Origin: an uncultured Chthonomonadaceae bacterium
GTDB taxonomy: Bacteria; Armatimonadota; Chthonomonadetes; Chthonomonadales; Chthonomonadaceae
DNA: 64,000 bases
Assembly (NCBI GenBank): GCA_963835065.1
Contig: CAWIEK010000060.1
Location: 64,001 to 128,000, forward strand
Reading direction: 5' to 3'
In this document: positions 20,766-29,735 of the stretch, one piece after another
Numbering within the stretch: the first letter of the stretch is position 1
How the letters are laid out: every line of letters starts with the position of its first letter
Made by a program: the position numbers and the translations under genes
The notes under the pieces: generated by a model
The model's database searches: none
What the model saw: only the letters and a program-made list of their open reading frames with translations
Told to the model about the DNA's origin: nothing

Positions 20766-22175
20766 ATGCCCATGACTGAGCCTGAAATCCTGGCCGCGTT
20801 TTACAATAACTGTGATCCGGTCAAACCCGCCGACGCGCCGTTCTATGTGGACTGTACGGATGTGCGGGGCGGGGCGGTTTTCGCCATTAAACTTTATACT
20901 GAACTGTCGCAAACGAATGGGCGCATCCATTCGCTGTTTACGGGACACATTGGGTGCGGCAAATCCTCCGAACTAAAGCATCTTGCCGACAAGATGAGCC
21001 ACAAAACGCTCCTGTCCGGCCAAAAGCGCTTCTTTCCTGTCATCGTGAATATGTCGGAGTATCTGGATGAATACGATGTCAGCACGACGGATATTCTGCT
21101 GTCCGTTGTCACGGAATTAGCCGACGCGCTGCGAAAACAGGAAGGTATTGAGATCGCTCCCTCCTACCTCAATCGCCAGTGGGACGAAGTGAAAGACTAT
21201 CTTGGCAGCGAACGTGAGATAAAGGAAGGGGAACTGTCACTGCCGTTTATCAAGACCAAAATGCAGCGTCTGCGCACGGACCCTGTTGCGCGGCATAAGG
21301 TGCGCGAGAAACTGCTTCCGCAAACCAGCAGCCTGCTGGAAGAGATCAATCTTGCTTTTGTGGCCGCGCGGACGGCTCTGCTCAAAAAAGCGCCCCAGGA
21401 CGGCGGCCAGCGTTACTCGGATTTTGTGCTGATTCTGGACAACCTGGAAAAGGTACAACGGCTTGTGGCAAACGCGCCGGGCGACGCTTCACAGCGCGCG
21501 TTGTTTATCGAAGGAGCGCCACAACTTACCGCGCTTGACGCGCACGTTGTTTTTACCGTGCCCCTCGCTCTGGTTCGCAGCGAGGGAAATTTGCTGATGC
21601 AGAAGTACAGCAAAGAGTTATTCGTGCTGCCCATGATTAAAACCGAACAGCGGGGACACGCGCATCTGCCCTTTGAAACAGGACGCGAGAAACTGGTGGA
21701 GTTGCTGGAAAGGCGCGTACCGTCCGGCGTATCTCTTGCCGATGTATTTGAAAAGGACGCGCTTGACTTTCTGATTGAATACTCTGCCGGCCATGTCCGC
21801 AACCTGATGATGTTTGCCCGCGAAACCACGCTGTATGTCAATGGTAAACTTCCGATTCCCCTCATTGCCGTACAGCGCGCGATTGCGCAGACGGTAAGTA
21901 TCCTTGTGCCCTCCGTCCGTCCTCACGATTGGGAATTGCTGGCGCAACTCGAACTGTCGGAATTGCAGGATTGGAACAACAACGGCCTGGAGGAACGTCG
22001 TTTGCTGGAAAATCTATGCGTGATGGAGTACATCAACGGTGGTGACGATGAACCGCTGATTGAATCATCCCCATGGTACGCCGTGAATCCTGTTCTGCGC
22101 ATACAGCGCGCCTTCAAAAATGCCGTCAAAGCCGAAAAGCAAAAACAGACATTGCCGCAAATCGTCACGGCATAA
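20766..22175 (+). CDS. P-loop (STAND-like/AAA) ATPase
   Basis: Walker A GHIGCGKS, Walker B LILDNLEK, YSAGHVRNL, C-terminal WYAVNP. Confidence 0.85.
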   Translation: MPMTEPEILAAFYNNCDPVKPADAPFYVDCTDVRGGAVFAIKLYTELSQTNGRIHSLFTGHIGCGKSSELKHLADKMSHKTLLSGQKRFFPVIVNMSEYLDEYDVSTTDILLSVVTELADALRKQEGIEIAPSYLNRQWDEVKDYLGSEREIKEGELSLPFIKTKMQRLRTDPVARHKVREKLLPQTSSLLEEINLAFVAARTALLKKAPQDGGQRYSDFVLILDNLEKVQRLVANAPGDASQRALFIEGAPQLTALDAHVVFTVPLALVRSEGNLLMQKYSKELFVLPMIKTEQRGHAHLPFETGREKLVELLERRVPSGVSLADVFEKDALDFLIEYSAGHVRNLMMFARETTLYVNGKLPIPLIAVQRAIAQTVSILVPSVRPHDWELLAQLELSELQDWNNNGLEERRLLENLCVMEYINGGDDEPLIESSPWYAVNPVLRIQRAFKNAVKAEKQKQTLPQIVTA

Positions 22176-22184
22176 AGTGAGCAT

Positions 22185-23150
22185 GTGGTGGACGTACAAC
22201 AATCCTCTCTCTTTGACTTTCCGCCCGATCTGGAAGGCCAGAAAAACGCTCTGACGACGGCCCTGCAAATTGTGCAGGACTTTGCGCTGTACATCGTTGT
22301 CTCGGAACCGTCGCGCGTCCGCCCGCGCCTGATGCGCGAAATGGAGGCGCGGCTTGGCGGCAAGACTATACAGCATATTGTCGTTCCAAAAGAAACCAGA
22401 AACCTCCTCCATCTGCTTGCCGACAATCTGACCGACCCTTTGCCCGACATCGTGTTTGTCTACGGCCTTGAAAACAGCATTTCCGCGTCCGCAGAACCCC
22501 GCTCTCATCCCCTGCTTCTAAACCTGAACGCTGCCCGAAACAATTTTTATGCTCTGCTGCCGCGCCCCATGGTACTGTGGATTCCCGCCTTTGTCTTAAA
22601 GGCTATTGTCGAGGCCGCGCCGGATTTCATTTCGGTGCGAAGCGGCGTGTACACGTTCCCCTTAAACTCTGATGAACGCCGGGAAATGGCTGATTCTGCC
22701 TTAATCATTGGTCAAACAAAACTGCTTGGTTTAGAATACATGGAGGGGGAAGCCCGAATCAGAGAGATGCTTAGTCTCTTATCAGAATACCGTTCGCTCC
22801 CGACACACGCGCGCAGTTCACAGGACGAAGCGCGAATTTTGAATCAATTGGCGCTTGCTTATCATGCTATAGGTAACTACTCGGAAGCGGAGCCATTGTT
22901 CACCGAAGTATTGGCAATACGGCGTCAGAGGTTGCCTGAAGGACATGCGGACATTGCAAACAGCCTCAACAACCTGGCAGCGCTTTACGATGCACAGGGG
23001 CGCTATCAGGAAGCGGAGCCACTATACAAGGAAGCTTTGAAGATTATTCGTAAGATTTTGGGAGAGGAACATCCACAAACAAAAAGTTTTATTACAAACT
23101 TGGAGAGGTTCCTTGCTGACAAAACCAAGCGTGATTTTGCTTCTGAATAA
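22185..23150 (+). CDS. Degenerate NTPase-like N-terminal domain + kinesin-light-chain-type TPRs
   Basis: LNLNAARNNF...MVLWIP...AAPDFISVRSG N-domain; SLNNLAALYDAQGRYQEAEPLY TPRs. Confidence 0.85.
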   Translation: MVDVQQSSLFDFPPDLEGQKNALTTALQIVQDFALYIVVSEPSRVRPRLMREMEARLGGKTIQHIVVPKETRNLLHLLADNLTDPLPDIVFVYGLENSISASAEPRSHPLLLNLNAARNNFYALLPRPMVLWIPAFVLKAIVEAAPDFISVRSGVYTFPLNSDERREMADSALIIGQTKLLGLEYMEGEARIREMLSLLSEYRSLPTHARSSQDEARILNQLALAYHAIGNYSEAEPLFTEVLAIRRQRLPEGHADIANSLNNLAALYDAQGRYQEAEPLYKEALKIIRKILGEEHPQTKSFITNLERFLADKTKRDFASE

Positions 23151-23197
23151 TCTTATCAAACTTCCGGCTTCACAGGAGAACGAAAGGAAATCAGCAA

Positions 23198-23725
23198 ATG
23201 CCTGACCGGATTATACGCGAAATACCCTTGATTGAACGCTATGCGCGTCAGAACGAAAACGAAGACTGGCGGTTTCGCGCCCATTTGAAAGGCGAACTGG
23301 ACCTGTCCAACGAAGAACTCGACGCGGTTGTGAGGGAAACGACGGATGAAGTATGGAAGCAGATTGATTGTACGACGTGCGCCCACTGCTGCAAAACGCT
23401 GGAAATCGTCGTGGACAACAAAGATATAGCCCGCCTGGCGCAGCATTTCAACGTATCCGCCCGTGAGTTTACAAACCGCTACGTGAAGGTTACGGAAGAC
23501 AAAACAAAGATTTTCTCGTCCCTGCCCTGCCCGTTTTTAGGAGAAGACAACCGCTGCACCGTGTACGAAGACCGCCCATTGGCCTGCCGCGAATATCCCT
23601 ATCTGTATGAAGAGCATTTCCGTTCCCGCACCATCAGCATGATTGGAAACGCGGCCTGCTGCCCGATTGTATTCAACGTGTGGGACCGGCTCAAGCGGCA
23701 GTTCAAACCCCGCCGCAGACGTTAA
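23198..23725 (+). CDS. YkgJ/CxxCxxCC-family Zn/Fe-chelating protein
   Basis: CTTCAHCC, CPFL, CTVYEDRPLACREYP. Confidence 0.88.
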   Translation: MPDRIIREIPLIERYARQNENEDWRFRAHLKGELDLSNEELDAVVRETTDEVWKQIDCTTCAHCCKTLEIVVDNKDIARLAQHFNVSAREFTNRYVKVTEDKTKIFSSLPCPFLGEDNRCTVYEDRPLACREYPYLYEEHFRSRTISMIGNAACCPIVFNVWDRLKRQFKPRRRR

Positions 23726-23946
23726 GGGTTCGTAGCGCCAAATCCGCGCTGACAAAAGCAAAGTCTATTCTCTCTGTCGTTCCTTTCACCCGCGCCAACA
23801 CTGCCGATAGACACCACCGCACACTTACATGAAACCGCTTCCACCGCAACCCTTGTCTGAGATGTCTATTAGTACCGCTGCGACATCCTGTTGGCCGCCA
23901 CCCGTATTGCAACGGGAAGTCCTGCAAGCGTTGGAAGAGCGGTAAG

Positions 23947-24312
23947 TAGAAAAAAGAGTATGTAGAGGCATCGTCGAAATCTTGGCAATACAGCGCTTCC
24001 AGCCCGATGTCTCGTTGTGTCAGGTTGTAGGAGAGAGGCGTCGTGGCCTCGAAAGCGTCAAGGCGGATGGGAGGGGTGAAACATAGGACTGGCACCTCCC
24101 TTCTTGGTTAGGGTTTTAGGGTTCTAGGGTTTTAGGTTGATAGTTGATAGGAACTGCGAACGTTCAGCCTTCCTGTGTGTCTAACATCTGAATAACAGAC
24201 CTTATTCTACTGTTTAGACGGCTATACGTGGCAAAGGGTTCACAGATTTCGCGTTGTTTTGCTCTTTTTTCTATCTTTTTTCTGGATTGTTTTTGCGGGA
24301 GGGTTGCTGTTG
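23947..24312 (-). ncRNA. Dispersed element copy 2: micro-ORF MFHPSHPP (24058-24084), core 23959-24050
   Basis: Core differs from copy 1 at 1 of 92 nt. Promoter-like boxes at 24236-24241 and 24215-24219; SD at 24094-24100. Confidence 0.6.
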
Positions 24313-24508
24313 GCGTCGCGCGGGGAACGAGGAAGGGGCACTTGCTAACTTACCAATAATGGTAATTGAATATTGAGCAATTACATAAGAATTAAGTTGC
24401 GTTAGCCCTGTTGTCTTCGCCGCTTCGCCCGAAGTTGGGTACGAAATACGGGTATAATATTAAGTAAGCAACAATTCACAACAGGGGTAAAAGGACACAG
24501 AAGTCGTT

Positions 24509-26986
24509 ATGAGCCAGAACGCCACTCCGGGAATAGGGACTCGCGCCTTCATCAGCCACAACAGCAAGGACAAACCGTTTGTTCGCACTCTGGAAGCCGA
24601 TTTGCAAGCGAATGGTTGCACGGCCTGGGTGGACGAAAACCAGATGTATGCGGGCGATTCGCTGCTGCAAGGAATTTCAACCGGCCTGCAGAACAACGGT
24701 TACGTACTTGCCGTATTTTCAGCCCATTTTGCGGCGTCGAATTGGGCGCAACAAGAAATTTCGGCAGCAGTTGCTATGCAAAACAGTGGCAAGGGAATCA
24801 AAGTCATTGTCTTGCGGCTCGATGATACACCTTTGCCTGCTTTGCTGCAAGGCAGTATCTACGTTGATTTTCGCGGCGATTATACTGCCGGCCTGAACCA
24901 ACTCCTCCGCGCGCTCACCCGTCCCGTTGCCACACCCATACAAGCCCCCGTCACTTTGTCTGTAGACCGTGCCAAACTTGTTGCGGTACTCAATAGTTTG
25001 GATAGCGTGTCGCTAACAAGCGTCATCAATCACATTGCTGGTGCGGGTACGCATGACAGTCCTCTACAGCCCGTGCCAATACGAGTTCAGGCGTTGCTCG
25101 GATTTGCCGAAGGCGCAGTCGGGCCTGGCCTGAACGCGGTTGCATCCGTCGTTGTGCAGTTGTTCCCTAATACGGCCTCTAAAATCGGCCCTTTCCGTTA
25201 AGCCCTGCCGTTTCCGGCACAACGACAGGGCGTTCGACACTGCCAACATTCAATGCGTACTTTACGGGACGTGAATGCCAGATGAACGACTTGCGCACTG
25301 CTCTGACAAGTGGCGGATCGGCGGCGGTGACGCAGGCGATCTCCGGTTTGGGCGGCGTGGGGAAAACCGCGCTTGCCGTCGAGTACGCGCATATTTATCG
25401 TGACCACTACGATACGCTGCTTTTTGCCCTCGCTGACTCCATTACCTCGCTGAACAGCGCTTATAAAGCTATCGCCGCGCAGTTGGGATTGCCGCAGGCC
25501 GCAAGCGATGATTTTGAAGTTGTGGCACAGGCGGTAAAACACCATCTGAACACGGCAACGCCCTCCCGCAAAGGCATTACACCTTACCTGTTGATTTTGG
25601 ACAACGCCGACTTTGGCACAACGCTCAAGCCCAACGATCTAAAAAGATTTCTACCCAATACCCCGACCGGTCATGTGCTGCTGACAACGCGCGCTCAAGT
25701 CCTGCATGGCGGGTTGGGTGTAAAGCCAAACCACGTCCTGCGCCTGGACGTAATGGTGGAGGAAGAGGCGTTTCGTTTTCTGGCAGAGCGCGTAGGCGGC
25801 GAGGGCGCGATACGGACGGGCGATGAGGCAACAGCGGCCTCAGAACTGGCGCGTGAGTTAGGGTATCTGCCGTTAGCGCTGGAGCAGGCGGCGGCCTACA
25901 TCGCGCAGCCAAGTCGTACCTTTCGCAACTACCTGAACCTGTACCGCAAGCGTTCGATTGAGGTTGTGGAACGCAACGCGCCGGAAACGGGAGATTATAA
26001 CAAAACAGTAGCGACGACGTGGCAAATCAGTTTTGATGAGGTAGAGCGCGAATGTTCGGCGGCGGCGGACTTGCTGCGCCTGTGCGCGTTTGTTGCCCCG
26101 GACTCTATCCCCATAGAAGTGATTTTAGCAGCAGCGAACGGTGAGGTGGAAAGCATTACGACGTTCTTTGGAATTTTGGAAGATACTGAAGTCAACAAGG
26201 ACAATGGCAATACTTTGCTGCAAGCGCTGGCACGTTACTCCCTGATAATGTGGAAGCATGAGTCGCATACGTTCAATGTGCATCGGTTGGTGCAGGCTGT
26301 AACACGCTGGCAGATGAAAGCGGATATACGGCAAGCATGGATAAAACAAGCAGTAAACGTCTTGAACTTGGCATTTCCGAACTCTGATTTTGAGAATTGG
26401 ACACGATGTGAACGACTAACTGCTCACGCACAAGCACTAGAGAAATTGTCTCAGAAAAGACGAGCATTGCAGCGACTCGGTAACACTGCTGGGCCGCATC
26501 GCTTCTTACTTGTATCAGCGTGGGCGCTATGAGGAAGCGGAGCCACTTTATAAAGAGGTATTAGCAGTTTATCGGAAAAATTTACTCTCAAATCACCGAG
26601 AATTTGCTGTTTATCTTAACAATCTGGCAGTGCTTTATAATACGCAGGGGCGTTATGTAGAGGCAGAAGCACTAATCAACGAAGTGTTAGCATTACGGCG
26701 TAAGAACCTGCCGGAAAATCATCCCGATGTTGCAAACAGTCTTAACAATCTGGCAGCAGTTTACCATAAGCAGGGGCGCTATGTGGAAGCCGAGGTTTCC
26801 TACAAAGAAGCCGTAGTTATTCTGCGCATTAAATTTGGAGATGACCATCCAAATACAAAATTTGTCGCTGAGAACCTGAAAACATTCCTTGCTGAGAAGA
26901 AAGAGCGTACTGCCTTTGTGCAACATTTCAAACTGCCGACTTCACTTTCAAAACAGCGGCAATACCGTTTGAAACGGCCCAAATAA
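24509..26986 (+). CDS. TIR-helical-NB-ARC-TPR NLR-like protein, split by two apparent frameshifts (about 25183 and 26455)
   Basis: TIR (AFISHNSKDKPFV, SNWAQQE). The NB-ARC frame is open from 25183 and reads NAYFTGRE...GLGGVGKT...LILDNAD...GYLPLALEQAAAYI...HRLVQ, followed by LNNLA TPRs. Confidence 0.82.
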
Positions 26987-27005
26987 AACTGGCGGGAGTA
27001 AACCT

Positions 27006-27400
27006 ATGTCCTTAACCATCACGCTGCCGAATGAATTGGAACAGTTTCTGCAAAACCATGCGCAGCGCGCCGGAATTCCCGTTGAAACGCTGCTTGCGCG
27101 CACGATTGTCGAGCGGTGGGAGAGTGTCCGTCGCGCTCCCGGTCTGCCGAACCGCGAAAGTGAACTGTTGCTGCGTTTGCAAACCCTGTTCCCTCCGAGC
27201 AGACGGACGAATATCGCGCGCTTTGTGCCAAAAGCGATGCCGGAACGCTCGCCCCGATGGAGCGGGAATGGTTGTTTGCGCTCCTCGAACAGCGCGACCA
27301 TCAGAACGCTGAACGCCTCGAAATCGTCGCCGAACTCGCGCATCTGCGCGGCATTTCCTTGCGCGAAATGATGGCGCAATTAGGAATTCGACCGGAGTAG
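27006..27400 (+). CDS. Small antitoxin-like protein (apparent frameshift about 27195)
   Basis: MSLTITLP N-terminus. The alternative frame continues EQTDEYRAL...NAERLEIVAELAHLRGISLREMMAQLGIRPE to TAG at 27400, just before the HNH gene. Confidence 0.7.
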
Positions 27401-27406
27401 CGCTGT

Positions 27407-27829
27407 ATGGCGGTTGTTTCCGAAGCGATACGCGCACAGGTCGTGACGCAGGCTGGCGGCGTTTGCGAATACTGCCGCTACCCGGAGGAGTTCAATTCCG
27501 GGCGGTTCGCTGTAGACCACATCCTCCCGCGCGTTCTTGGCGGCGCAGATAACTTGAACAATCTTGCGCTTTCGTGCCGCAATTGTAACAAGCGCAAGCA
27601 GGACGCGACGGAAGCGCAAGACCCCTTGACGGAAGAAAGTGTCCCGCTGTTTCACCCACGTCGAGATCGTTGGGAAGACCATTTCGCATGGAGTGACGAT
27701 TTTCGTCATATTATCGGCCTGACCCCAACCGGACGCGCGACCATTGCCCGATTACAAACAAACCATAGTGGCGTCGTCCGGCAGCGCGAAGTATTACATC
27801 AATTGGGATTGCACCCCGTACCCGAATAA
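27407..27829 (+). CDS. HNH endonuclease
   Basis: CEYC, VDHILP, NLALSCRNCN, PLFHPR, GLTPTGRATI. Confidence 0.92.
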   Translation: MAVVSEAIRAQVVTQAGGVCEYCRYPEEFNSGRFAVDHILPRVLGGADNLNNLALSCRNCNKRKQDATEAQDPLTEESVPLFHPRRDRWEDHFAWSDDFRHIIGLTPTGRATIARLQTNHSGVVRQREVLHQLGLHPVPE

Positions 27830-27966
27830 AGCAAAAACAAAACGATGCTCACCCTTTGTGGCTTGATGTGGCTGCCGCGCTTCCTGTACTGCTGTTCATA
27901 GCAGGACTTCACCACTCCTTTCGCTAATCTCTCCTTGTTGAAATCTAACGACAAGGAGATTGTTTT

Positions 27967-29530
27967 ATGCCCCTCAAGATTGCCATGATTGGAGCCGGTT
28001 CTATCGGCTTTACGCGCCGCCTGATGGCCGATTTGCTTACCGTGCCCGAATTTGCCGACACCACCTTTGCTTTCACCGACCTCAACGCCCACAACCTGGA
28101 TATGGTGAAGCAGTTGGCGGAACGCGACATTGCCCACAACAACCTTCCCGCTAAAATCCAGTCCACGACGGATCGCCGCGCCGCTATTGCCGATAGCGAT
28201 TACGTGATCTGCATGATCCGGCAGGGCGGGCTGGAAGGCTTTCAAACCGACATTGACATTCCGCTCAAGTACGGCATTGACCAGTGCGTGGGCGACACCA
28301 TTTGCGCGGGCGGCATCATGTACGCGCAGCGCGGCATTGCGGCCCTGCTGGACTTCTGCAAGGATATACGGGAAGTCGCCAAACCCGGCGCGTTGTTCCT
28401 CAACTATTCCAACCCGATGGCGATGCTGACGTGGGCGTGTAACAAATACGGCGGCGTGAAAACCGTCGGCCTGTGTCACGGCGTGCAGGGCGCGCAGCAC
28501 CAGATTGCCGACTGCGTGACCCATTGGGCAAAGGGGCAGAAACTCATCGGGGAAGACGAGAAAGTCCACCGCCGCGATATTGAGTTCACGTTCGCGGGCA
28601 TCAATCATCAAACGTGGTGCCTGAAAGCGCAGTGGCGCGAGTATGATTTAATCCCCATGCTGCTCGGCCTGTTCCAATCCCATCCCAAGTACCCGACAAC
28701 CGAAAAAGTCCGCATTGACGTGCTGAAACGCTTCGGCTACTATTCGCACGGAAAGCAACGGGCATTTGTCCGAGTACGTGCCCTGGTATCGCAAGCGCCT
28801 GGACGAAATCAACAAGTGGATTGACCTCAGCACCTGGATCAACGGCGAAACGGGCGGGTATCTGCGCGTCTGCACGGAAGGCCGCAACTGGTTCGAGACG
28901 GACTTTCCCAATTGGCTGCAGCAGGAACCGCCCACGTTCACGCCCGACAAGCGCAGCGACGAACACGGCTCTTATATTATCGAAGGGCTGGAAACCGGGC
29001 GGACGTACCGGGGCCACTTCAACGTGCCGAACACGGGCATCATCACCAACTTGCCCGATGGCTGCATCATCGAATCATTGGGGTTTGTGGATCGAAACGG
29101 GATGCACATGGCGCACATCGGCGAACTGCCCTTAGCCTGCGCCGCAACCTGCAATGTCAGCGTCAGCGTACAGCGCATGGGCATGGAAGCCGCTGTTCAT
29201 GGCGACGTGACGCTCTTGAAGCAGGCCATGCTCCACGACCCCCTTGTCGGAGCCGTGTGCGACCCCGAAGAAGTGTGGCAAATGACGGACGAAATGCTCG
29301 TGGCGCAGGCGGAGTGGCTGCCGCAGTACGAGGCAAAAGGGGAAAGTGAAAAGGCGAAAGCCAGACTTGCCGAAGCGGAAGCGAACGGAACCCGCGTCAA
29401 GACGATGGAAGGCTTTGCAGGCATGGCGCGGCTGCACACCAAAACCGTCGAGGAGATGGCCGCGCAAAAGGAGGAAGCCCGCAAGAACGCGCAGGCTGCC
29501 GACAAAGGCAAAATGACGCAGAATGCGTAA
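27967..29530 (+). CDS. melA: Family 4 glycoside hydrolase (alpha-galactosidase/glucosidase), apparent +1 frameshift about 28747
   Basis: IGAGSIGF, DQCVGDT, LNYSNPM, GLCHGV, AGINHQ. The conserved YSTESNGHLSEY is restored by removing one C. Confidence 0.88.
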
Positions 29531-29735
29531 AAGCCGGTGGGTATAGCAGTTGGGTGTCGGTGCAGATGGAGTGCGAGAGATTGTCGAGAAGGAATATGAA
29601 ATGTCGGGTGTCGTGAAGGAAAATAGAGAAGGAATCCGTTACTCGGCGTCGAATGATACCGATAACGAAGTCGCCTGACGTGTCCCGACACCCGACACCC
29701 GATACCCGACGACCCTTCCTAAAGGACAGCCGTAA

